Assembly (NCBI GenBank): GCA_013239625.1
Contig: MU054925.1
Span: 33,521,538 to 33,585,537, forward strand
Source: Lama guanicoe
Taxonomy: Eukaryota
Direction of reading: 5' to 3'
DNA length: 64,000 nt
The position numbers were made by a program, and so were the translations under genes. Positions 51,484 to 64,000 of this stretch are shown here, in pieces. Below the pieces are notes generated by a model, which was not told where the DNA came from, searched no databases, and saw only the letters and a list, made by a program, of their open reading frames with translations. Every line of letters begins with the position of its first letter. The first letter of the stretch is position 1.

Positions 51484-53967
51484 ACATTTATCGTTATGTG
51501 GGCGGCTCTTGAGCGCTCAGCTGAGGCTGGAGACCATGACAGTGTGTGGCTCCACTGGGCCCCTGTGTGACTGCCTCCCTCCACACACAACAGCCTTCAG
51601 CAGGCAGTGGAGAGGCACAGGCAGGTGACCTGGGCTGGTGGGTTCAAAAGTCAGGTGTGAAAGATGTCAAAGCAAGGAGGGAGCTGAAGGGTTGGGAACC
51701 AAGTGGCTGAGAGGGTCAAGCCTGGGCTGGAGAAAAGAGGGGTCCAGGGATTGGAGGTGAAAGAGCAAGGGTCATGGGAGTGAGCGTGAGTGGGCAGATC
51801 TGGGGTGGTCACGCAGCACAAGCTGGAACACAGCCATCCACACAATTACTCGCGACATGTTGTTCCTCAAACCCACGGATGGAAACCTAGCTCCAGCCAT
51901 GTTAGCCCCAACGTCAATGCTATTTACATTGCAAACAGGGCCGGCCTGGATCTGGGAATGTAAAGGATTTCATTAGGAATCGGTTACTGTCTTCATTTTC
52001 AAGCAGTATTCCCAGGAAGTGGCCACAATGGCCTGGAACCCCAGGACCCACGTCTCTTTCCTGATATTTCCAGTTAAAGTGTAGGACTGAGTGTCATTGG
52101 GCTATCTGCTCACATTTCTGAACCAATCACCATTTCAGGGAGGAGAGGATACTTTGACAGGCCCGGCCAGGGTAACAAAGCTGGGGGTGAGGGTCAACCC
52201 ATCCAAACCTCCTGGATGCAAAGTCGGGGACGGGTGGTTCTCTAAAGAAAACTAGAGCGCAGGTGGCCGGAAGAGGCAGGAAGGATGCTGGGCAAAATAG
52301 TCCACGTGCACTGCTGTGGTCCCCACTCACCTTCACGCCCTCGTGCACCTTGGACACTGGCCTGCCAAGCAGCCTTCTGTTGAAATGTTAGGAGCTGTCT
52401 GGCTCTGCAACCAGGCTCTGCTTCTTTGCACACTGGCCCTGGGGTTGAGGCCTGGGAAAGGTTCTTACTCAGTCTGTGACCTTGGACAAGCTCCATCTCC
52501 TCTTAGGGCCTCAGTTTTCTCACCTGTAAAAGGAGAAAGCTAGGCCAGATCAGATTTTTGAAATGTTCTTTAGAATAAAAAATAAAGGAACAGCTCTGGT
52601 GGAAGGGGTGGTGGGGGCCAAATTTCCATTCACTGTCAGAAACCATTACCAAGTCCCACAAAACCCAGAGTGTAAAATACACACAGCAAAACTGCATGAC
52701 TTGGTATGTATGTGGGGGTCTAGAACCTTACTGAATTTATAAGGCAGCTTAATTGTGAGCCAGGGTGTGTGCCAGGCACCAGGTTTAAAATGATGAACAA
52801 CAAACACGTGGTCTACACTTTCATAATGCCTGCAGTTTAGTGGGAGAGACTGACATGGACCCGATAATCCTGTGAATAATTAGAAACTAACGTTCAGAAG
52901 TTATGATGGAGACGTACAAGGAGACATGAGAGTCAGGAAATACTGCAGCTGTGTTGCCTTCAGGTCTGTCTCAGCCTGAACACAAGCTCCTCTGAGCTCT
53001 AAGCAAGTCCCTCCCTCTCTCTGGACCTGAGCCTACTCGTTTGTAAGATATTGACACACCATCTGCTTCTGAGGATGTTATGCTTTTGACAGGGTTTGGT
53101 GCGGGCGTTATCACCTCGCGGGGGCCTTCCTTGACTTTCCAGGATGTCCCGGGCAGCCCTTCTCTGGGCTTGCACACCTCATGTTGCAGGTTTCCTGGCT
53201 GAGGCTGGAGGTTGTGTATTTTATGCCTGCATCCCAGTGCGTTGTGGTGTCTGGCTCACAGCAGGTGTAACACCGTTACAGGGAGTGTTCATACCGTTGC
53301 ACAACTGGACAGGACACAGCTGCTGTGACCGACCGTCTCATCTGAGGTCGTGGGATGAGATGAGGGTGCCACAGGCTGTAGGCTGTAAGTCCTCGGAGGG
53401 AGTCCCAACCTGCTGACTACCCGCTGTGCGTTCTTGGGAAGGTCATCCGGCCTCTTCTGGCCTCATCTTTATCTGTATTAGGATTTACATTACCTTACAG
53501 GGTAGTAGAGTTTTGGAGACATACAACGCCGTCACAGGCATTAGTTTAAATAATGGGAGAGTGTGGAGGCAAGGAGCAGAGGACAGTTCCAGGGAGGATG
53601 CTGAGCGCAGCCGCCCCAGAGAGATGAAAGGCGTGGGAGTCAGAAAACTCAGTGAGCACAAGGCGAAGCTTCAGCTCTGAAGGTTTGTTTCTTCTGCAAC
53701 GCGGGAGCTTTGCAGTAGCGCATGCGTTCGAACGCGAAGACGGGCAAGAGGAACGATGCAGAGCCGGACTCCCTGCTTGGGCCGGAAGCACGGGCAGCGG
53801 GGGAAGCCGGCCCGGGACACAGCCGGAAGCGTGTGGGCGGGGCCTCAGCGGCAGCCGTGATGGACACAACCAGGAGCCAATAGGGAGCGGAGGCGTCCCG
53901 GCCGCCGCCAGTGGAGCACCTACCGAGGCGGGCCAGGGCCAACCGCCTGGTAACAGCCGCGTGGTAA

Positions 53968-54345
<378 letters not shown>

Positions 54346-55511
54346 CAGAGGTGGGCCCCGGCGGGGCGGCGGCCCTCCCCAGGACGCGGCGACCACCCCG
54401 CGGCCTCGCCCCTGGCCGGCGAGTCTTGACTGAGCTCCCGCTCGGGGCGGCGCTGTCCGCGTGCCGGGGGGCAGCGGGGAGAAGGGGGGCCAGGTCTCCG
54501 CTCTCAGGGCGCTTGCGTTTCAGACGATAAACGTTTGCACCGCTGTTAGACTGGGGCGGGGGTGGGGCGGGTGTCAGTTCCCGCAGGGCTGTGTGCGCCG
54601 CGGTACGAGTTTGGAGTTCTGCGAACGCAGTAGGAGCCTGGGGGTCGGGGGGCGGTTGAGGTAGAGAAGTGATCAGCCTGAGGAGGAGAGAGTCAGGCTG
54701 CTTTCCCCGCACCACCCGCACCCTTGTGGACCATTCGGATGAGTCCGCTGAGTGACGCTGATGCCGAGTCCTTTCACCTACATTATAGTCTCAAGACTTG
54801 TCAGGCTCTTTGTATTACTTTTTTGCAGATGAAGAAATTGAGGGTGGGAGGGGTCACTTCACCTACCCGCTTGCCACCAGCTTGGTGACGGTGACGCTGG
54901 GGCTGTACCAGTTCCTGGAGCCCTCAGTGGTGGTGCGGCCCCTCAGCCTGCTGGGCGCTAGCTCGCCCCGCTCCCCTTGGCCTCTCCTGTGGCTTGGCAG
55001 CTGCGGAATCCAGGGTAAGGCTGTTGCCCCTCAGCCTGCTTGTGCAAATAGAGCTGCCCAAAGAGAAGCCTCTGGTGTCCATTTTGAGCATCATCTTTCC
55101 AGAGAGGAAATAGTGACGGGGCCCAGGTGACTCTAACGTTTCTTTATCCAGCTTCTACTCCCTGAGGGGCTGTCACTGCAGGTGGCTGGCATTGTCGGAT
55201 GCTCTCTGTGTGCCGCATGCTGTGCTGAGCAGCTCCCTTCCCATGTCTTCCCCTCCACCCTAGTGACTGTCCCTCCTCCACTCTATTATGACCCTTTTCA
55301 GACATACAGAAAAGTTGAAAGACTTACGTAGTGAGTACCTGTGTGACTGAATTCTACAAGTAACGTTTTACTCTGTTGTTTTATTTTGTATCTTCTCATT
55401 TATTCATCCAGGAATCTACTTTTGCATTTCAAAGTAAGTTAGAGATGTTAATATACTTTACCATAAACCCGTTAGCATTTGTGCCTCTAACTGTGTTATG
55501 AACTTTGTTTT

Positions 55512-55645
55512 CAGGTGAGGAAATGGTAGTTCACAGGGGTTAAATTCAAGGATCCAAGGTCACTCAGCTGGTAATTGGTAGAGCCAGGATTTAAACCCAA
55601 GCCTGTCTGACTCCACCAGAATCCATACTCTTAACTCTGATGCTG
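55512..55645 (-). mobile_element. MIR SINE
   Basis: CCAAGGTCACTCAGCTGGTAATTGGTAGAGCCAGGATTTAAACCCAAGCCTGTCTGACTCCA. Confidence 0.8.
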
Positions 55646-56556
55646 TATGCTTTCATACAAATATGAGTTTCCCAAGGATAGAGACCGGGCCGTATTATAT
55701 ACCTAGAACCAGCCTCATTAAAGGGACTCGGTATTTATTTATTGAATTATTAACCATCCACCTCAGCTACCAGATCCTTGTAAGAGTCTGGCCACATCAG
55801 CAGCCTCCCTGGTGTTTAATGTCCTTGTCTGAAAGATGAGAGAGTTAGACTAGGTCATCTTTTAAAGGCCCCTCTGGTTCATGCTTTTTAAATTTTAGAA
55901 TTCATTGAACATATCTCACTGGAGAGAAGGAGCCTAAACTGAGGAAGGTTAAATGGAAGGGGTCCTGTGTGTAAATATGAGTACACAGCCAAGGTTCAGA
56001 AAGTCTATTCTACCTCTTTTGAGTTGCCCAAACCATCCAGTGCTGAGGATTGCGATATTAGAGGGTACCATGGAGAGACCATAGTGGCTCTTTTATCTTG
56101 TTAAAAACGCAGCATCTGAAGAATATCTTCTAGGCTCTGTTAAGGGTGCTGTGCTTTTCCAGCTGAGCAAGAAATGGAATACAGCACATCCACACACTTC
56201 TCTTGAATCCTTGTTTTTGAGGTACTCTCTAAGTGTGGGACCGAGGCACTTCTCCACAGTCCTGGAGAAAAGTGATGGAGGAGGCGAGATGTGTTCGTTC
56301 ACAGACCCTTTCAGGATGATGCCGCCCAGGGAACAGAACAGTGACCTGCCCTAAGGCGAGGAGAGGACACCTTTTAGACAGTCATGTATTGGGGTATTAA
56401 ATCAGTGTGAGAAACTTGTATTGTGTGGTCCTGAGATACAGACATTCAGTAAGCGTGACTTTCTCAGCATTACTCCTTTATAGTTAATTTTTTTAATAGT
56501 ACATGAAATCAGTAACTCACTTACGGAATTTCTGCATACACACACACATCTGTATA

Positions 56557-56764
56557 CAGTTGATCCTTGAACAACATCGGTTTGAACTGCACGAGTCCAC
56601 TTCCATGTGGATTTCTTTCAATAAATGTATACCAGGGTACTACATGACCTCCAACTGGCTGAGTCCAGGGCTGCTGGCCAGCAGAGAGGGAGGGCTGACT
56701 GTAGAGTTATGTGCTGATTTTCGACTGTGGGGGGTCAGGCCCCCTGTACTTCAAGGGTCAACTG
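56557..56764. mobile_element. Tigger2a/MER8-like non-autonomous DNA transposon, complete
   Basis: Terminal inverted repeats CAGTTGATCCTTGAA ... TTCAAGGGTCAACTG (14/15 match), flanked by TA at 56555-56556 and 56765-56766. Confidence 0.9.
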
Positions 56765-58122
56765 TATACACATATGTGAGTATGTGTATATATGATGTAT
56801 GTATCTAGATATACACAATACGTGTATGCTGTGAGGGATGTAATACTCAGAATGTGTTTAAAGGATACCAACAATCAGGTAATTTAATCTTGAGTATTCG
56901 AAAGGCATTTGTTGGATCTTAGAATGCCGTAGGTTTAACCTCACATGCAGCACTCGCTTTGCGGCATTCTGGGCTGGTTAACTGATGGCCAACCAGTAGA
57001 ATATGTTACTGATTCCTAGCCCTTAGGTGGTTAACTTGGGAGTCTAATAAAAGCTGTGAATCGTCCCCCTGGAAGAATGCACATTTGAACATAGACACGC
57101 AGTTTTGTTTCCAATTTCACTTCCAGTTTCAGGAGGTATGTGGGCCCTTTGGATACGTCCCTGGTCCCAGACTAAGAATCACTGTTCCCATTTGTACCCC
57201 TGCTGTCCATTCTCCACACAGCAGCCATCAGGATCCTTTAAAAACAAATCCTCAGAATGTGACACATAGCCTAGAATCTTGTCACTGGCTTCCCTTTACA
57301 CCTAGAATAAAATCCAGACTTTACTGTGAGCTGGAAGATCCTGTCTGAGTTCTGCCCCTCCTGCCTCTTCACCCTCACCTTTCTGGTCTTTTTGTTTTCT
57401 GAACTCTGGTCACTGCAGTCCTCCTGTCCCTTGGACATGCCAAGCTCATTTCTGTATTTTGTTTTCTTTTGTTATTACTTTATTAAAGGTTCAGTACCAC
57501 ATATATCCAAAAGAAAAGCCATGGACCAGATGTTTATTACATTTAGCTTTTTTTTTTTAGAGTAAAAAGCAAAAATCATCTCTTATAGAGATAAAACCAT
57601 TGACAGTTTGATGTAGATTCTTCGAGATTTTTCACTATGCATATATATACAAACGTATGGATATATTTTAAGTGCAAATACAGAGTTGTATTACGTATTT
57701 TACCACAAATATGAAATTATTCTGTATTTAATTTTATAACTTAGTTTTTGTTCCTAACATCTCCATAATATAGTCTCTTTTTTTTCTAATTGAAATATAG
57801 TTGATTTCATTCCTGTAATTTGAATTTGCTGTTTCCTTTGCCTGGAGCTTCATGTATCAAATATAATGTCATCAGAGAGGTCTTCCCAGATCACTTTTTA
57901 TAGAGCAACCTCTGCCCCCAGCCATTTTGTTGCCCTTTTCTCCAAGGTAGTGAGCGAGTACACTGCTGTGTCTGTCTGTCTGCTGCCCCCAGCACCAGGA
58001 CAGTGCCTGCGGCGGCCTGGCGCTCCGTGAGTCTGTGGACCGTGTGGACCAGGGACTGTGCTCTTTCATCCTGTGATACATTTTAATATTGACTTACTAT
58101 TTCTTTCCATTGTGGTGTCTAG

Positions 58123-58272
<150 letters not shown>

Positions 58273-59299
58273 TGAATTTGTGTCTTATGAGACTTTGTTT
58301 AGCTAAATTGGTTATGTGTATGGTTTTAAAACTAATGTGTCTAAAATCCATGCTTCTGAAATTCAAATTATCCTGGCTGACCTCCAGAGAAAGAGAATGA
58401 AGTCCTTGGAGGGGTCTCATTGTCACTGGAGTTTGTCTTTTATCTCTTTCGAGTCTTCTTTGCCTTGGAAATACATTTCTGTTGGCCTCAGGCTTCATAA
58501 AATCTTGGGAATGACATCTTACTTTAGGGGAAGGAAAATCAGTCAGCAAGCAATTTTCAGATGCTGACTTGACCCAGCACTGTTTCGTCTGTGTGAGAGA
58601 TGAGAAGAAAAAGAAAAGAAGAATTAGAGATGAGATTTTTATCTTCAAGGACCTTACAGTCTCCAGGGAAGAGAGGAAACCGTGGCAGCGCAAAAGGCTC
58701 TAGCTGAGCACTAAGCCTGAGGCATTGCCTGGTCTTAGATGCAGCTGCAGCTGGAGCTGGAGCAGGGGCGGCCCTGGGGCTGGTAGAACTGGATGGGTTG
58801 AGGCTCGACATTTGCCCTTCGGAGTTGGGAGAGGGTTTGGCTTTGCAGGGAAGAAAAGGGCTTTCTAGGCCGTGAGTGCAGGACGGCTTGTGGGGTCAGT
58901 GAGGGGCCTGGCCGGGTCCTTAGTCTGGGCCCTGCTTGTTCTTCTAGAGGGCTGCTTGGTGCAGGAGAGGAGGAGCTTGGGAGGAAGTGTCTAAAGACAG
59001 GCTGTAAGTTGCAGCTCTGGTGCTGACTTGCCAAGACCTCAGGCAGGTCTCCTAGTCTTTCTGAAGTGGTAGCCCCGCTGCCTGTTTCAGGAAGTTGTTA
59101 AACCAGTCAGCGGCAAGATGATGACCTTAGTTATTTTGAAATCATATAACTGAATGGACAGTATGGGTTGTGTTGATGTCTTTGAATAGAGGGAAAGGTG
59201 CTGTACTTGTGAACACATTTTTTTAAGCTACAAAGGGCTGTGTGAATGTGAGCTTTGTCACTGTGTTTAGCGTTTATGTGCTTACTATTCCTTCTCACA

Positions 59300-60900
59300 T
59301 CTTAGACCTTTGCTCTCCCTCCATCTTCTTCTTAAAGTGCGTCATTAAGAAGTCCCTTCCAGGAGTGTGTGGGTGGCAACAGGGGCTTCTCTTCATTGTG
59401 CTGCTCCTGCTGGGAAAGGCAGTTGTGTTGGACACACACTTCAGCGGATGGATGTCTTTTCCGAGTGCTGTTTCTCCCAATGAGACTCACTGCCTTTTGG
59501 CTTCTGTTGTTGCTTTTGAGAAGACTGACTTTGAGGACTTTGTCTTCTGTTGCTGAATGTGTTTGGGGTATTTTGGTTCTGGTGTTTTGCTGTGATACGC
59601 CAAAGAGTGGATTTACTTCCATGTGTCCTGTTTGATGTTAACTGTGCTCTCTGGATCTGAGTACATATTGTGTCTGATCAGTTCTGGGAACTGGTCAGCC
59701 TTTGTCTCTTCAGATGCAGCCTTTCCCTGTTCTGTTCTCTCCTTCTGGGACACCGGCTCTGTGAGATTCCACTGCAGAGGCCCTCAGCCCTGGCCAACCT
59801 TGCCCCCAGGGGACATTTGGCACTGTCCTGAGACATTGTCACACGTGCTTGAGTGGGGAGTGCTGCTGGCATCTCGTGGGTGGAGGCCTGGGGGCCTGCA
59901 GAGCATCCTGCGGTGCACAGGGTGGTTCCCACGACGAAGGATTGTCCAGCCCCAAATGTCCACAGTGCCGAGACTAGGAAACCCTGTGCCAGAGCTGTCT
60001 TCTTTCTTTCCACCTCTTTCATGTTTTCTGTTTGTTTGGCTCTGCTGCGCTCTGGGTAGTTTCTTTAGATCTCTCTTGCAGTCTGTCTTGTGAGCTGTAT
60101 GAAGCTGCTCTTTAATCCAGTCCATTGAGTATTCCCTCTTGTCTTGAGAAGTTTGGAACCTAGAAGAGTGGGAAGAACAGTGTGGTGAACCCCTCTGTAC
60201 CCTACTCAAAGGTAGCAAATTATAAATACTTTGTGACATTTGGGTTTTCTCTGTTTTATTTGTGAACCATTTGAGAGTAAGCACGAGGACCTTCTCCGAC
60301 GTTACCCTGATGCCATCATCCACCCAAGAAACACAGTGTTGCTGACAGTATTGGCTAATGTCTAGGTTATATTACAATTTCTCCAAGTCGTTTCAGTCTT
60401 TGGCTCCTTCACTTTGTATTTTCAAGTTCAGTTGTAATAAAATGTCACACGTTGCATTCATTGTTGTCTCTTTTTCCCTAGAACAGTTACCCTCCCTTGC
60501 ATTTTTGGTTGTTTTTTCCTTTATGACATTGACACTTTGAAGCGTCAGGACAGTTGTTCTGTAGAGTGTCCTGTAGTCGTCCTGCGGTGCTTGGCTGATT
60601 GTCTCTGTCTGAAGCGTTCTGCGCTTTGGCAGAGCGCCGCACTAGTGACGTGTCTGGAACCTGCGTCACCACAGGAGGCTGACGCCACTTCCCACCGTGA
60701 GGGGCTGCTTCCCTCTGTGATCTGTAACTGTCTTCGGTGGCGCTGAGGTGTCCTGAGTATCCTTTTACTCTGTGGCTGTGGCATTTGTTGACGGTCATTT
60801 TATCAGTTATCAGACTGCTGGTTGCAAAACTGATTTTCAAAATCTATCATATCTTCTGTATATATGTTAGCTTGCTTTTTTTTTTCCTTTTCTGTAGTGA
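59300..60900 (-). mobile_element. Degraded antisense L1M fragments in RUVBL1 intron 2 (surrounding MER20)
   Basis: T-rich degenerate L1 text such as CACTGCCTTTTGGCTTCTGTTGTTGC, TCAGTTCTGGGAA...TCAGCC and ATGACATTGACACTTTGAAG. Confidence 0.55.
59775..59986 (+). mobile_element. MER20 (hAT-Charlie) DNA transposon
   Basis: TTGCCCCCAGGGGACATTTGGCA...TGCTGCTGGCATCT...CCAAATGTCCACAGTGCCGAG...GAAACCCTG; about 212 bp, matching the MER20 length. Confidence 0.9.
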
Positions 60901-63678
60901 GGAAGCCCCTCTCCCCTACCCATTTTTATATTTTTTCACTCCTTCAAAATCTGGCTGTTTTTGATGGCCTCTTGTTCCTTGTTCATGAAACTATTTATTT
61001 ATTTTGTGTCCTTGTCTGCTTGAGAACTCACGTTTGATCAAATCTGAGGCTCCCCAACCTCCTGATGAGGGCTGAGTGCCTGCTGAGAGGACCTGCAAGG
61101 GGCCCTGCTGTGCTGCCAGCCCAGGGCGCTGGTTGGGGGTTTTGTGGCTCAGGCTTTCTGGCCATCAGGCATGTAGAGACCAGTCCTGAATCACAGCCAG
61201 AGCCATGGTGAGACTGACAAGCTTGTCCTTGTCCTTTGGAGATCTTCTTTAAGGCCACCTTGTCTGCTGATGTGTGCCCTTCAAGGCTCTTTTTAGCCAG
61301 GGCTTCCGGGATCTGTCAGATACCTTCAAGGCAGTGGTAGTTACCACTCTGAATCTGTCGTGACTGTGTACTGGTTCTAGATGTCTCGTAACGGGAAGGA
61401 GCGGCGTGGCTCTAGCGGCTGTTTCTCTGTCAGCATGGGGCCTTCGTGCTTTTGTAACGTTGCACCATTTTCCTCCCAAGGGACAGGAGAGGCTCTCAGC
61501 ACCTGCGGGTTGTCCAGTCCCTCCATGTGCTTCGGGCATGTGGAAACTCTCCTGCATTACAGTTGCTGACGGGCCCCAAGCTTCAGGCAACTTAACTGAG
61601 TGACCGGCACGAGTGTGGTGCTTGCGTAGAGGACGCCCGTTCCACTCTTGAGGGCTGCACGCTCTTAGTAATGGGGCTTTGTGTTTGGGTTTTAGAAAGA
61701 GGTGTTCAGGTGAGACTGAAGATAAAGTAGGTTTTTTAATGTTCTTTTGTCAACAACCTATTTTTTGTGCCATTGGCTTGTGGGGGTGGGCACACAGAAG
61801 TAAGTTCTTGGAAGATTGAGGTTGCAGCCTGACTCTGCTGCTTGCTAACTGTTTCACTTTGGGTAAATTGGTAATTTCTGAGTTTCAGTTTCTAAACCTG
61901 CAAAGTACAAGCTAGATTATCAAGTTTGTGGGCTGGTTGGGAGGGTTCAGTGGGATCTCTGTGCAAGCCTCCCAGCCTATAGCCACCTCCTGTGCCAGCC
62001 TTCGGAGAGCCTTTAGATGGAGGAAGGTAGGCACACCGAAGCTTTTCTTAATCGAGTACTTGTTTTATTTTAATGGAATATGCTGATCGTCTCTTCTGTT
62101 TTTGGTAGAGATGAGGGTCTGCCATCAAATCAGGCACAGCCCTGCTTTTGAGGCTGACAGCTGAGGGTGGGGAGTTGGGGCCTGTAGTGCTGGGGGCAGA
62201 GAAGGGACAGTGACTAGGCAGTGACTGGGGAGGTGGTGGAGTTTGGGCATAAGGTGGGTGTCCCACTGGGAGTCCTGGTGTTAGCCTGCTGCTCCTCTCA
62301 CTGTGCCCTGGCAAGCTTCAGAGTGTTCCCTCTGCTCTTAGGATACACAGTTTTAGAGGTGTCAGCCTCTAGGACACAGCTCAGACGTCTTCTCAGACGG
62401 CCGCAGAGCTGAGCGAGGCGCTGGGAGCCACATGAGCCCTCGCTGGGGAGGCGGCTCCCTGTCTTCCACTCCCAGTGCTGCTGCATGGTCACAGGGGCCC
62501 TCTGGGGCCACACCTTCTTGCTTCTCAGAAGAAGCTGAATAACTAATTTGGTGTGAAATTTCCCAGTGTTCAAAAATGGGCAACAAGGTGAGTTTAAAGA
62601 CACGTGAGACTCTGCAGGCCAAAACAGGAGCAGTCTGTGGGCTGCCAGTTTGCTCCAGTGGTCTAGCCCAGTATCACCTGTTTGACAGATGAGGAAGCCA
62701 GGCACCAGAGACTGGCCATGGGCCCAGGGTCACACTGAAGATTAAACTGTCTCCAAAAGGACATTGAAAGGAAATCTGAGAGGACCCTTTACTGGGCCGG
62801 TTTTAAAGCAGTGTCTTGGAGCCCACGTTGTTCTTCAGTAGCCAGCCGTGCTCTACCCGAGTCCGCACACCTTCCTTAGCCCCTGACTCTCCCTGGGCTC
62901 TTGTGCCAAAGCTGAGGAAGGGTGATTGCAGCCTGAAAAGGCCGTGGCGTTTCCCTGTCCTGCACCAGCTTTAGAGCACTGCTTTCACATGTGACACGTG
63001 GCCGTGCACCTGCTACGTCTGCCCAGCATCTGCCAGCCACAGTCGTCCTTCCAGAAGCCAGCTTGTGCTTTACTAGGACTTGTCCAGGTGTCAGCTCAGC
63101 AGCCCATGGCTTCAGGACCCTAGCTCACGTGGCATTCTTCAGTCTGTGGGGCCACTCAGCATAAAGTGAACATCCTGTCATTCATTCCTTCGGTATAGAC
63201 TTGCAATGGCTTGTAGATTGGTGCCTTCCTGTGTCTGTAGAGACAGAAGGCAGTATCTCAGAGTCCCAGCAAGTTGTTATGCTGCGATCAGGTCACAACC
63301 CTGCCTTGGCACTGGGGGAACAGTTTGGGAAGACTATACTGCTTGATGGGCACGTGATCTCGAGAACCCTGCTGCCAGACTTCATGGCCCCACTCTGCCA
63401 TTTTCTAGATTATGGTGCTAAGGACGTGTTATTTAATCTCTGTCTCAGCTTCCTTGTTTGCTTCATGGGGTGAGTGGGAGGAGCATGTGAAGCATCGGGA
63501 GCTGGTCCTGTACTGGCCGTGTCTCTGTGATAATAGCCACCTCGATGATAGGGACGATTAAAGATGCCACTTACGTTAGCAGTGGGCTGGCCACAGAAGT
63601 CATCAGGCGTTTACTGTGAGAAGTGTGAGACGATGTTAAAACTAGAAGGACTGTCCCTGTTTCGTAATTTCTGTATAG

Positions 63679-63936
<258 letters not shown>

Positions 63937-64000
63937 TGAGAAAATGCCTCTGGGGCTGGTATCTGGGGCACTGCTATTTTTTTTTTTTTGACACTTCGCA

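Overview
Mammalian genomic DNA (GC-rich, draft assembly with four N-gaps) holding the 5' ends of two head-to-head genes. EEFSEC (selenocysteine-specific elongation factor) is on the minus strand: coding exon 1 is 45863-45557, and everything from 45556 down to base 1 reads as its very large intron 1. RUVBL1 (pontin, AAA+ ATPase) is on the plus strand, with coding exons 1-3 at 54025-54165, 58123-58209 and 63748-63880. Each gene has its own CpG island, and the start codons are about 8.2 kb apart. The rest is ancient eutherian repeats (L1M, L2, MIR, MLT1, MER21, Tigger1, Tigger2a-like, MER20, an ERV env/PPT/LTR relic) and repeat-free non-coding blocks, some with dense transcription-factor motif clusters. 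Almost all entries in the ORF track are spurious GC-rich frames. I found no supportable novel protein-coding system; the best leads are regulatory (candidate intronic enhancers, possibly for nearby GATA2) and RUVBL1 isoform hypotheses. Repeat family names come from remembered consensus sequences, repeat boundaries are approximate, and no database search was run.
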